From positions 1 to 23,490 of the IMG/VR virus record IMGVR_UViG_2563366807_000007: a stretch of 23,490 bases of DNA; one strand, 5' to 3'. This document shows, in pieces, positions 15,549 through 23,490 of the stretch (its first letter is position 1; the number at the start of each line of letters is the position of its first letter). The translations under genes and the position numbers were made by a program. Origin of the DNA: a virus (Duplodnaviria; Heunggongvirae; Uroviricota; Caudoviricetes). A model generated the notes under the pieces. The model was not told the origin of the DNA. It did not search any database and saw only the letters and a program-made list of their open reading frames with translations.

Positions 15549-16298
15549 ATGGCAACACCAAATCCCCTGGAGCCGGTAAAAGGTGCCGGTACCACTCTGT
15601 GGGTTTACAACGGCAAGGGTGATGCTTATGCAAACCCGTTGTCAGACGCTGACTGGCAGCGACTGGCTAAGGTGAAGGATCTGACGCCGGGCGAGATGAC
15701 GGCAGAATCCTACGATGATAACTACCTGGATGATGAAGACGCAGACTGGACCGCGACCGGGCAGGGGCAGAAATCTGCAGGTGATACCAGTTTTACGCTG
15801 GCCTGGAAACCGGGAGAGGAAGGTCAGAAAGGGCTTATAGGCTGGTTTGAAAGCGGCGATGTCCGGGCCTATAAAATCCGTTTTCCGAATGGCACGGTGG
15901 ATGTGTTTCGTGGCTGGGTCAGCAGTATCGGTAAGGCCGTGACGGCGAAAGAAGTGATCACCCGCACGGTGAAAGTCACTAACGTGGGTAAACCTTCTGT
16001 AGCGGAAGAACGCAGCAAAATTACGCCGGTCAGTGCGATTAAGGTGACGCCGACATCCGGTACGGTGGCAAAAGGGAAAACAACCACCCTGACCGTTACT
16101 GTGGAACCGGAAAATGCAACGGATAAGACATTCAGGGCGATTTCCGCCGATCCATCAAAAGCCACCATTAGCGTGAAAGATATGACGATTACTGTGACGG
16201 GGGTTAAGGATGGAAAAGTCAGCATCCCTGTGATTTCCGGTAATGGTCAGTTTGCTGCGGTGGCTGAAATTACCGTTAATAATGTGCCGGGTAGCTAA
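15549..16298 (+). CDS. V: Major tail tube protein (lambda gpV-like) with a C-terminal Ig-like domain
   Basis: 249 aa. N-terminal tube domain plus a C-terminal Thr/Val-rich beta-rich segment ([26 protein letters not shown]...), as in lambda gpV. Confidence 0.95.
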   Translation: MATPNPLEPVKGAGTTLWVYNGKGDAYANPLSDADWQRLAKVKDLTPGEMTAESYDDNYLDDEDADWTATGQGQKSAGDTSFTLAWKPGEEGQKGLIGWFESGDVRAYKIRFPNGTVDVFRGWVSSIGKAVTAKEVITRTVKVTNVGKPSVAEERSKITPVSAIKVTPTSGTVAKGKTTTLTVTVEPENATDKTFRAISADPSKATISVKDMTITVTGVKDGKVSIPVISGNGQFAAVAEITVNNVPGS

Positions 16299-16316
16299 AG
16301 AGCTGAGAGATAAGCG

Positions 16317-16748
16317 ATGTTCCTGAAAACAGAACAATTTGAATATAACGGTGTATCCGTCACGCTTTCTGAGCTGTCTGCGCTGCAGCGTATTGAGCAT
16401 CTTGCCCTCCTGAAACGGCGGGCAGAAGAGGCTGAAGCCAGCGGCAACCTGCAGGTGAGTGTGGAAGATCTTGTCAGAACCGGCGCGTTTCTGGTGGCGA
16501 TGTCCCTGTGGCATAACCATCCACAGAAAACGCAGTCACCGTCAATGAATGAGGCCGTGATGAAGATAGAGCAGGAAGTGCTCACCACCTGGCCTGCTGA
16601 TGCCATTGCCCGGGCGGAAGACGTGGTGTTGCGTCTGTCCGGGATGATCGAAGCTGTTCGTCCGGATACTGATATTACTGAAGTGGCGAAAAATAACACG
16701 CTGACTGATGATGATTTTTCTGCGGGAAAGTCTTCGACGGTGAGCTGA
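16317..16748 (+). CDS. G: Tail assembly chaperone (lambda gpG-like)
   Basis: MFLKTE.FE.NGV.VTLSELSALQRIEHLAL.KR.AE.AE and GAFLVAMSLWHNHPQKTQ.PSMNEAV matching lambda gpG, ending ...SAGKSSTVS. Confidence 0.9.
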   Translation: MFLKTEQFEYNGVSVTLSELSALQRIEHLALLKRRAEEAEASGNLQVSVEDLVRTGAFLVAMSLWHNHPQKTQSPSMNEAVMKIEQEVLTTWPADAIARAEDVVLRLSGMIEAVRPDTDITEVAKNNTLTDDDFSAGKSSTVS

Positions 16749-17188
16749 ACTTTGCCCTCAGACTGGCGCGTGAGATGGGGAGACCCGACTGGCGCGCCAT
16801 GCTTGCCGGGATGACATCCACCGAATATGCCGACTGGCACCGTTTTTACCGCACGCATTATTTTCAGGATACCCAGCTGGATATGCATTTTTCCGGGCTG
16901 ACGTACGCTGTACTCAGCCTGTTTTTTTGCGATCCGGATATGCATCCCTCTGATTTCAGTCTGCTTGTCCCCCGGCATGAGGAAGAGCAGGTGGAGAGGC
17001 CGGATGAGGACAAAATGCTGATGCAGAAAGCGGCAGGACTTGCCGGAGGCGTCCGGTTCGGTGGGGACGGAGGGGGCGATATTTTATCGTCTGCGGATGT
17101 GGCGGATGTCATGGTGGATGATGCCGCATTAATGATGGCTTCAGCGGGGATTCCGGGAGGTGTGAGATATGTCCCAGCCGGTTGGTGA
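16317..17188 (+). CDS. T: Tail assembly chaperone G-T fusion, made by a programmed -1 ribosomal frameshift at the slippery heptamer G GGA AAG (16724-16730)
   Basis: Heptamer GGGAAAG sits in the correct register of the G frame (GCG GGA AAG). The -1 frame continues as GKVFDGELNFALRLAREMGRPDWRAMLAGM..., matching lambda gpT (LAREMGRPDWRAMLAGMSSTEYADWHRFY), and ends at 17188. Confidence 0.8.
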
Positions 17189-19730
17189 TCTTGTTATTGA
17201 CCTGAGTCTGGATGCGGTCCGTTTCGATGAGCAGATGAGCCGGGTAAGGCGTCATTTTTCAGGTCTGGATACTGACGCCAGAAAAACCGCAACTGTCGTT
17301 GAGCAGGGGCTGAGCCACCAGGCGCTGGCTGCACAAAAAGCAGGGATTTCCGTCGGGCAGTATAAAGCGGCCATGCGAACCCTGCCCGCACAGTTTACGG
17401 ATATCGCCACGCAGCTTGCCGGTGGTCAGAATCCCTGGCTGATCCTGCTGCAACAGGGCGGTCAGGTGAAGGACTCCTTCGGCGGGATGATCCCCATGTT
17501 CAGGGGGCTTGCCGGTGCGATCACCCTGCCGATGGTCGGGGTCACCTCGCTGGCGGTGGCGACAGGTGCGCTGGTGTACGCCTGGTACCAGGGAGATTCC
17601 ACGCTTTCAGCGTTTAATAAAACCCTGGTTCTTTCCGGTAATCAGTCCGGACTGACTGCCGATCGCATGCTGACGCTCTCCAGAGCCGGACAGGCCGCAG
17701 GGCTGACGTTTAACCAGGCGAGTGAGTCACTGGCAGCCATGGTGAATGCCGGTGTGCGTGGTGGTGAACAGTTTGATGCCATCAACCAGAGTGTCGCGCG
17801 TTTTGCTTCTGCATCCGGTGTGGAGGTGGACAAGGTTGCAGAGGCTTTCGGAAAACTGACCACTGACCCGACGTCGGGGCTGATTGCGATGGCGAAGCAG
17901 TTCCATAACGTGACGGCGGAGCAGATTGCGTATGTTGCTCAGTTGCAGCGTTCCGGCGATGAAACCGGGGCATTGCAGGCGGCGAACGAGGCCGCAACGA
18001 AAGGGTTTGATGACCAGACCCGCCGCCTGAAAGAGAACATGGGCACGCTGGAGACCTGGGCAGACAGGACAGCGCGGGCATTCAAATCCATGTGGGATGC
18101 GGTGCTGGATATTGGTCGTCCTGATACCGCGCAGGAGATGCTGATTAAGGCAGAGGCTGCGTTTAAGAAAGCAGACGACATCTGGAATCTGCGCAAGGAT
18201 GATTATTTTGTTAACGATGAAGCGCGGGCGCGTTACTGGGATGATCGTGAAAAGGCCCGTCTTGCGCTTGAAGCCGCCCGAAAGAAGGCTGAGCAGCAGA
18301 CTCAACAGGACAAAAATGCGCAGCAGCAGAGCGATACCGAAGCGTCACGGCTGAAATATACCGAAGAGGCGCAGAAGGCTTACGAACGGCTGCAGACGCC
18401 GCTGGAGAAATATACCGCCCGTCAGGAAGAACTGAACAAGGCACTGAAAGACGGGAAAATCCTGCAGGCGGATTACAACACGCTGATGGCGGCGGCGAAA
18501 AAGGATTATGAAGCGACGCTGAAAAAGCCGAAACAGTCCGGCGTGAAGGTGTCTGCGGGCGATCGTCAGGAAGACAGTGCTCATGCTGCCCTGCTGACGC
18601 TTCAGGCAGAACTCCGGACGCTGGAGAAGCATGCCGGAGCGAATGAGAAAATCAGCCAGCAGCGCCGGGATTTGTGGAAGGCGGAGAGTCAGTTCGCGGT
18701 ACTGGAGGAGGCGGCGCAACGTCGCCAGCTGTCTGCACAGGAGAAATCCCTGCTGGCGCATAAAGATGAGACGCTGGAGTACAAACGCCAGCTGGCTGCA
18801 CTTGGCGACAAGGTTACGTATCAGGAGCGCCTGAACGCGCTGGCGCAGCAGGCGGATAAATTCGCACAGCAGCAACGGGCAAAACGGGCCGCCATTGATG
18901 CGAAAAGCCGGGGGCTGACTGACCGGCAGGCAGAACGGGAAGCCACGGAACAGCGCCTGAAGGAACAGTATGGCGATAATCCGCTGGCGCTGAATAACGT
19001 CATGTCAGAGCAGAAAAAGACCTGGGCGGCTGAAGACCTGCTTCGCGGGAACTGGATGGCAGGCCTCAGGTCCGGCTGGAGTGAGTGGGAAGAGAGTGCC
19101 ACGGACAGTATGTCGCAGGTAAAAAGTGCTGCCACGCAGACCTTTGATGGTATTGCACAGAATATGGCGGCGATGCTGACCGGCAGTGAGCAGAACTGGC
19201 GCAGCTTCACCCGCTCCGTGCTGTCCATGATGACAGAAATTCTGCTGAAGCAGGCAATGGTGGGGATTGTCGGGAGTATCGGCAGCGCTATTGGCGGGGC
19301 TGTTGGTGGTGGCGCATCCGCGTCAGGCGGTACAGCCATTCAGGCAGCTGCGGCGAAATTCCATTTTGCGACCGGAGGATTTACGGGAACCGGCGGCAAA
19401 TATGAGCCAGCGGGGATTGTCCACCGCGGGGAGTTTGTCTTCACGAAGGAGGCAACCAGCCGGATTGGTGTCGGGAACCTGTACCGCCTGATGCGGGGCT
19501 ATGCGGAAGGGGGGTATGTGGGTGCTGCCGGAAGTCCGGCGCAGATGCGGCGGGCCGAAGGCATTAATTTTAATCAGAACAATCACGTGGTGATTCAGAA
19601 CGACGGTATCAACGGACAGGCCGGGCCGCAGCTGATGAAAGCGGTGTATGAGATGGCCCGTAAAGGTGCGCAGGATGAGCTCCGGCTGCAGTTGCGTGAT
19701 GGCGGTCTGTTATCGGGGAGCGGGCGATGA
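17169..19730 (+). CDS. H: Tail tape measure protein (lambda gpH-like)
   Basis: 853 aa, the same length as lambda gpH. Long coiled-coil, Ala/Gln-rich central region and a Gly-rich C-terminal segment. Position between G-T and M. Confidence 0.95.
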   Translation: MSQPVGDLVIDLSLDAVRFDEQMSRVRRHFSGLDTDARKTATVVEQGLSHQALAAQKAGISVGQYKAAMRTLPAQFTDIATQLAGGQNPWLILLQQGGQVKDSFGGMIPMFRGLAGAITLPMVGVTSLAVATGALVYAWYQGDSTLSAFNKTLVLSGNQSGLTADRMLTLSRAGQAAGLTFNQASESLAAMVNAGVRGGEQFDAINQSVARFASASGVEVDKVAEAFGKLTTDPTSGLIAMAKQFHNVTAEQIAYVAQLQRSGDETGALQAANEAATKGFDDQTRRLKENMGTLETWADRTARAFKSMWDAVLDIGRPDTAQEMLIKAEAAFKKADDIWNLRKDDYFVNDEARARYWDDREKARLALEAARKKAEQQTQQDKNAQQQSDTEASRLKYTEEAQKAYERLQTPLEKYTARQEELNKALKDGKILQADYNTLMAAAKKDYEATLKKPKQSGVKVSAGDRQEDSAHAALLTLQAELRTLEKHAGANEKISQQRRDLWKAESQFAVLEEAAQRRQLSAQEKSLLAHKDETLEYKRQLAALGDKVTYQERLNALAQQADKFAQQQRAKRAAIDAKSRGLTDRQAEREATEQRLKEQYGDNPLALNNVMSEQKKTWAAEDLLRGNWMAGLRSGWSEWEESATDSMSQVKSAATQTFDGIAQNMAAMLTGSEQNWRSFTRSVLSMMTEILLKQAMVGIVGSIGSAIGGAVGGGASASGGTAIQAAAAKFHFATGGFTGTGGKYEPAGIVHRGEFVFTKEATSRIGVGNLYRLMRGYAEGGYVGAAGSPAQMRRAEGINFNQNNHVVIQNDGINGQAGPQLMKAVYEMARKGAQDELRLQLRDGGLLSGSGR

Positions 19731-20056
19731 AAACATTTCGCTGGAAAGTGAAGCCGGATATGGAGGTGAACTCGCAGCCATCGGTGCGTGAAGTGCGTTT
19801 TGGTGACGGGTACTCACAGCGTATGGCGGCAGGGCTGAATGCTGACCTGAAAACATACAGGGTGACGCTTTCCGTGACCCGGGAGGAGGCCCGGCATCTG
19901 GAAGCGTTCCTGGCAGAGCACGGTGGCTGGAAGGCATTTTTGTGGAAGCCACCCTATGCATACCGGCAGATAAAGGTGATCTGTGCCGGGTGGTCTGCGC
20001 GGGTCGGGATGTTGCGCGTTGAGTTCAGCGCGGAGTTTAAGCAGGTGGTGAACTGA
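19727..20056 (+). CDS. M: Tail tip protein (lambda gpM-like)
   Basis: 109 aa, located between H and L. I read it as lambda gpM-like, but the call rests mainly on position and size, without a residue-level comparison to lambda. Confidence 0.9.
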   Translation: MKTFRWKVKPDMEVNSQPSVREVRFGDGYSQRMAAGLNADLKTYRVTLSVTREEARHLEAFLAEHGGWKAFLWKPPYAYRQIKVICAGWSARVGMLRVEFSAEFKQVVN

Positions 20057-20754
20057 TGCAGGATATTCACGAAGAAAGTCTGAACGAGTCGGTTAAGTCA
20101 GAGCAGTCACCGCGGGTGGTACTCTGGGAAATCGACCTGACGGTGCAGGGCGGTGAGCGGTATTTTTTCTGCAATGAGCTGAATGAAAAAGGGGAGCCGG
20201 TGACCTGGCAGGGGCGTGAATATCAGGCGTACCCGATTGAGGGGAGTGGCTTTGAGATGAGCGGGAAGGGCAGCAGTGCCAGACCGTCGCGGACGGTGTC
20301 CAATCTGTTCGGTCTGGTCACCGGGATGGCGGAAGACCTGCAGAGTCTGGTGGGGGCCACGGTGGTCCGCCGCCGGGTGTATGCCCGTTTTCTGGATGCG
20401 GTGAATTTCGTTGCGGGCAATCCGGAGGCCGACCCGGAGCAGGAGCTGACGGACCGGTGGGTGGTGGAGCAGATGTCAGCGCTGACAGCCATGACGGCCT
20501 CGTTTGTGCTGGCCACACCGACCGAGACGGACGGGGCGCTGTTTCCCGGTCGTATCATGCTGGCGAACACCTGTATGTGGACCTACCGCTCTGATGAGTG
20601 TGGTTACACGGGCGGGGCTGTGGCGGATGAGTTCGATAAACCCACCACGGATATCCGTAAGGACAGATGCAGCAAGTGCATGCGCGGGTGTGAACTGCGC
20701 AGGAATGTCGGCAATTTTGGCGGTTTCCTTTCCATTAATAAACTTTCGCAGTAA
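20056..20754 (+). CDS. L: Tail tip protein (lambda gpL-like)
   Basis: 232 aa, located between M and K. C-terminal cysteine cluster (CMWTYRSDECGYTG...CSKCMRGC), consistent with the Fe-S-binding end of gpL. Start overlaps the M stop (TGATG). Confidence 0.9.
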   Translation: MQDIHEESLNESVKSEQSPRVVLWEIDLTVQGGERYFFCNELNEKGEPVTWQGREYQAYPIEGSGFEMSGKGSSARPSRTVSNLFGLVTGMAEDLQSLVGATVVRRRVYARFLDAVNFVAGNPEADPEQELTDRWVVEQMSALTAMTASFVLATPTETDGALFPGRIMLANTCMWTYRSDECGYTGGAVADEFDKPTTDIRKDRCSKCMRGCELRRNVGNFGGFLSINKLSQ

Positions 20755-20764
20755 ATCCCGGTTT

Positions 20765-21508
20765 ATGACACAGACTGAATCAGCGATTCTGGCACATGCC
20801 CGGCGGTGTGCGCCTGCGGAGTCGTGCGGCTTCGTGATAAGCACGCCGGAGGGGGAGTGGTATATCCCTTGTGTGAATATTTCCGCGGAGCCGGAGGCGT
20901 ATTTTCGTATCGCACCGGAAGACTGGCTGCGGGCAGAGATGCAGGGGGAGATTGTGGCACTGGTCCACAGTCATCCCGGTGGGCTGCCCTGGCTGAGCGA
21001 GGCTGACCGGCGGCTGCAGATAAAAAGCGCACTGCCCTGGTGGCTGGTCTGCCGGGGTGACATTCACAAATTCCGCTGTGTGCCACATCTGACAGGACGG
21101 CGCTTTGAGCACGGGGTGACGGACTGTTACACGCTGTTCCGGGATGCTTATCATCTGGCGGGGACTGAAATGCCGGATTTTCATCGCGAGGATGACTGGT
21201 GGCGCAACGGCCAGAACCTTTACCTGGACAATATGGCGGTCACCGGCTTTTACCGGGTGCCCCTGTCCTCTGCACAGGCGGGCGATATTCTGCTGTGCTG
21301 CTTTGGTGCTTCGGTACCGAACCATGCCGCCATTTACTGCGGTAACGGTGAGCTGCTTCACCATCTGCCTGAACAACTGAGTAAACGGGAGAGGTATTCC
21401 GAAAAATGGCAACGACGAACGCATTCTGTCTGGCGTCACCGCCACTGGCACGCATCTGCCTTCACGGGGATTTACAACGATTTGGCCGCCGCCTCAGCCT
21501 GTATGTGA
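20765..21508 (+). CDS. K: Tail tip assembly protein (lambda gpK-like; MPN/JAB plus NlpC/P60-type peptidase domains)
   Basis: Start MTQTESAILAHARRCAPAESCGFV is identical to the lambda gpK N-terminus. HSHP (JAB) and DCYTL/H (NlpC/P60) motifs are present. The track ORF from 20504 over-extends. Confidence 0.9.
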   Translation: MTQTESAILAHARRCAPAESCGFVISTPEGEWYIPCVNISAEPEAYFRIAPEDWLRAEMQGEIVALVHSHPGGLPWLSEADRRLQIKSALPWWLVCRGDIHKFRCVPHLTGRRFEHGVTDCYTLFRDAYHLAGTEMPDFHREDDWWRNGQNLYLDNMAVTGFYRVPLSSAQAGDILLCCFGASVPNHAAIYCGNGELLHHLPEQLSKRERYSEKWQRRTHSVWRHRHWHASAFTGIYNDLAAASACM

Positions 21509-22086
21509 ACACGGCAGCGGAAGCCATTCGCGCCCTGTCGATGCAGATGCCGGGCTTTCGCCGTCAGATGAACGAAGGCTGGTACCAGATACGTATTGCC
21601 GGTGATGACACGGCACCGGAGGCGGTGTACGCCCGTCTTCACGAACAGCTGGGTGAGGGAACGGTCATCCACATTGTGCCGCGACTGGCCGGGGCCGGAA
21701 AGGGTGGACTGCAGATTGTGCTGGGGGCGGCAGCCATCGTGGGCTCTTTCTTCACGGCCGGTGCCTCGATGGCGTTATGGGGTACAGCCCTGAGTGCCGG
21801 CGGTTTTTCTGCCACCACAATGCTGTTTTCACTGGGTGCCAGCATGATACTGGGCGGTGTGGCCCAGATGCTGGCCCCGAAGGCAAAAACACCGGATTAC
21901 CGCGCAACGGATAACGGCAGACAGAACACGTACTTTTCCTCGCTGGATAACATGATTGCCCAGGGGAACCCGATGCCGGTGCCTTACGGGGAAATGCTGG
22001 TTGGCTCCCGCCGTATATCCCAGGACATCAGCACCCGTGATGAAGGCGGGGGCGGAAAGGTCGTGGTTATCGGGCGGCAGGGGTAA
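21406..22086 (+). CDS. I: Tail tip assembly protein (lambda gpI-like)
   Basis: ARICL.GDLQRFGRR, GWYQ.RIAG, IVLGAAAI.GSFFTAGA, LFSLGASM.LGGVAQMLAPKA.TP and NTYFSSLDNM.AQGN match lambda gpI. Confidence 0.9.
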   Translation: MATTNAFCLASPPLARICLHGDLQRFGRRLSLYVNTAAEAIRALSMQMPGFRRQMNEGWYQIRIAGDDTAPEAVYARLHEQLGEGTVIHIVPRLAGAGKGGLQIVLGAAAIVGSFFTAGASMALWGTALSAGGFSATTMLFSLGASMILGGVAQMLAPKAKTPDYRATDNGRQNTYFSSLDNMIAQGNPMPVPYGEMLVGSRRISQDISTRDEGGGGKVVVIGRQG

Positions 22087-22093
22087 AAAGAAT

Positions 22094-22190
22094 AAAAAAA
22101 TCCCGCAGTGATCGCGGACAGGAACTGCGGGAGAGTTACGAAGATTAAGTGTAAGGAATTATTCTTATATCACGACAAAAAAATTAACGC
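22094..22190 (-). ncRNA. Candidate small RNA (about 95 nt) in the I-J intergenic insert, bounded by a near-consensus promoter and an intrinsic terminator
   Basis: On the minus strand: -35 TTCACA (22224-22219), 16-bp spacer, -10 TATAAT (22202-22197). A terminator hairpin (22132-22101) and U-tract (22100-22094) lie about 95 nt downstream of the predicted start. The interval has no ATG with an RBS. Confidence 0.35.
22101..22132 (-). terminator. Intrinsic terminator for minus-strand transcription
   Basis: 9-bp stem TCCCGCAGT/ACTGCGGGA with a 14-nt loop. On the minus strand it is followed by UUUUUUUAUUCUUUUU (plus-strand AAAAAGAATAAAAAAA at about 22085-22100). Confidence 0.5.
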
Positions 22191-22196
22191 AGAGAA

Positions 22197-22224
22197 ATTA
22201 TACGCGCCACAGTCAGTTTGTGAA
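22197..22224 (-). promoter_or_regulatory. Near-consensus sigma70 promoter on the minus strand (TTCACA, 16-bp spacer, TATAAT)
   Basis: Read directly from the reverse complement: TTCACAAACTGACTGTGGCGCGTATAAT. Confidence 0.45.
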
Positions 22225-22296
22225 AATGTGAAGATATTCAGAATTTTTATGCCATTACCGGTTTTAACCAACAGGATTATCGGTGGGCATGAAAGA

Positions 22297-22328
22297 AAAC
22301 CCCGGTATCTGCTGATACCGGGGTTTCT
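22297..22328. terminator. Bidirectional intrinsic terminator-like hairpin (13-bp stem AAACCCCGGTATC/GATACCGGGGTTT, loop TGCT)
   Basis: Perfect inverted repeat with a GC-rich core, A-rich upstream (GAAAGAAAA) and T-rich downstream (TTTCTCTTT), so it has a U-tract in both orientations. Lies between the candidate promoter and the J start. Confidence 0.5.
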
Positions 22329-22429
22329 CTTTAGCATGGCAGAAATGTGTTTCATGCTTTTCGGGCGAAGGATATCCGACTTCTGTACGGAATGGCAAGT
22401 GGCGGTTAATTTATTCAGGGGAAGGCTGT

Positions 22430-23490
22430 ATGGGAAAAGGTGGCGGTAAGGCACACACGCCTCGTGAGGCGAAGGATAATCTCAAATCCACGCAGATGAT
22501 GAGCGTGATTGATGCGATTGGTGAGGGACCGATAGAAGGTCCGGTGAAGGGACTGCAGAGTATTCTGGTGAACAAAACCCCACTGACGGACACGGACGGC
22601 AATCCCGTGATACACGGTGTGACGGCGGTCTGGCGCGCCGGGGAGCAGGAGCAGACACCACCGGAAGGCTTTGAGTCCTCCGGAGCTGAAACCGGACTGG
22701 GCGTGGAAGTGACGAAGGCAAAACCGGTGACGCGCACCATTACGTCCGCGAACATTGACCGCCTGCGGGTTACCTTCGGGGTGCAGTCACTGGTGCAGAC
22801 CACGTCAAAGGGCGACCGTAATCCTTCCTCTGTCCGGATTCTGATTCAGTTACAGCGTAATGGCCGCTGGGTGACGGAAAAGGATGTCACCATTAACGGC
22901 AAGACCACCTCGCAGTTCCTGGCCTCGGTGATTCTGGATAATCTGCCTCCCCGGCCCTTTAACATCCGGATGGTCAGGGAGACGGCGGACAGCACCACGG
23001 ACCAGCTGCAGAATAAGACGCTGTGGTCGTCATACACCGAAATCATCGATGTGAAACAGTGCTACCCGAACACGGCCATTGTGGGGCTGCAGGTGGATGC
23101 GGAGCAGTTCGGCGGCCAGCAGATGACGGTGAACTACCATATCCGCGGTCGCATCATCCAGGTGCCGTCAAACTATGACCCGGAAAAACGCACGTACAGT
23201 GGTATCTGGGACGGCAGTCTGAAACCGGCATACAGCAACAACCCGGCCTGGTGCCTGTGGGACATGCTGACTCACCCGCGCTACGGCATGGGAAAACGTC
23301 TGGGGGCGGCGGATGTGGACAAGTGGGCGCTGTATGCCATCGGGCAGTACTGCGACCAGACGGTCCCGGATGGTTTCGGGGGGACCGAGCCGCGGATGAC
23401 CTTTAATGCGTACCTGGCACAACAGCGTAAGGCGTGGGACGTTCTCAGTGATTTCTGCTCTGCGATGCGCTGTATGCCGGTATGGAACGG
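22430..23490 (+). CDS. J: Central tail fiber / host specificity protein (lambda gpJ-like), N-terminal part (3' end lies outside the window)
   Basis: ATG 22430 with RBS AGGGGAAGG. Translation MGKGGGKAHTPREAKDNLKSTQMMSVIDAIGEGPIEGPV...QCYPNTAIVGLQVDAEQFGGQQ...WDMLTHPRYGMGKRLGAADVDKWALY is collinear with the lambda gpJ N-terminus. The frame stays open to the window end. Confidence 0.9.
   Translation, partial: MGKGGGKAHTPREAKDNLKSTQMMSVIDAIGEGPIEGPVKGLQSILVNKTPLTDTDGNPVIHGVTAVWRAGEQEQTPPEGFESSGAETGLGVEVTKAKPVTRTITSANIDRLRVTFGVQSLVQTTSKGDRNPSSVRILIQLQRNGRWVTEKDVTINGKTTSQFLASVILDNLPPRPFNIRMVRETADSTTDQLQNKTLWSSYTEIIDVKQCYPNTAIVGLQVDAEQFGGQQMTVNYHIRGRIIQVPSNYDPEKRTYSGIWDGSLKPAYSNNPAWCLWDMLTHPRYGMGKRLGAADVDKWALYAIGQYCDQTVPDGFGGTEPRMTFNAYLAQQRKAWDVLSDFCSAMRCMPVWN

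Noticed and set aside
22094-22190. Assigning the candidate sRNA to a specific named prophage sRNA family
   Set aside because: I cannot match the sequence to any named sRNA from memory with confidence, so the feature is reported only as an unnamed candidate.
22289-22315. Eight-codon mini-ORF (MKENPGIC) whose stop codon lies in the loop of the bidirectional terminator hairpin
   Set aside because: It resembles an attenuator leader peptide, but the only Shine-Dalgarno-like sequence is too close to the ATG and nothing indicates a regulated downstream gene. Most likely coincidental.
22108-22454. ORFs in the I-J insert (plus strand 22108..22449, minus strand 22170..22454)
   Set aside because: Both run through two strong terminator hairpins and (minus-strand ORF) into the J start. 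No RBS; the region is better explained as promoter, terminators and a non-coding transcript.
1-23490. Search for tRNA genes, CRISPR repeats and integrase/attachment sites
   Set aside because: No cloverleaf-like tRNA candidates, no regularly spaced direct repeats and no integrase-like ORF were seen. The window covers only the late region, so their absence is expected.

Overview
This window is the late region of a lambda-like (lambdoid) prophage from an enterobacterial (E. coli-type) genome, read left to right as lysis cassette, cos site, head genes, tail genes. Calls rest on six-frame translations compared against lambda and phage 21 protein sequences recalled from memory; no database search was run. 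The lysis cassette is atypical: the 3' end of an S21-type pinholin (1..130) is followed by an unknown gene that is interrupted by a complete IS21-family element (istA/istB, about 731..3287), then a SAR endolysin, two small membrane-protein ORFs, and Rz/Rz1 spanins. A moron region follows (a lipoprotein with a TonB C-terminal-like domain, and two small minus-strand genes), then an intact cos site whose cosN 12-mer matches lambda. The morphogenetic module is in lambda order: Nu1, A, W, B, C/Nu3, D, E, FI, FII, Z, U, V, G/G-T (with the -1 frameshift heptamer), H, M, L, K, I and the 5' part of J. Between I and J there is a roughly 340-bp insert carrying a near-consensus sigma70 promoter and an intrinsic terminator on the minus strand, which I read as a candidate small RNA of about 95 nt. 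No tRNA, rRNA or CRISPR array was seen.
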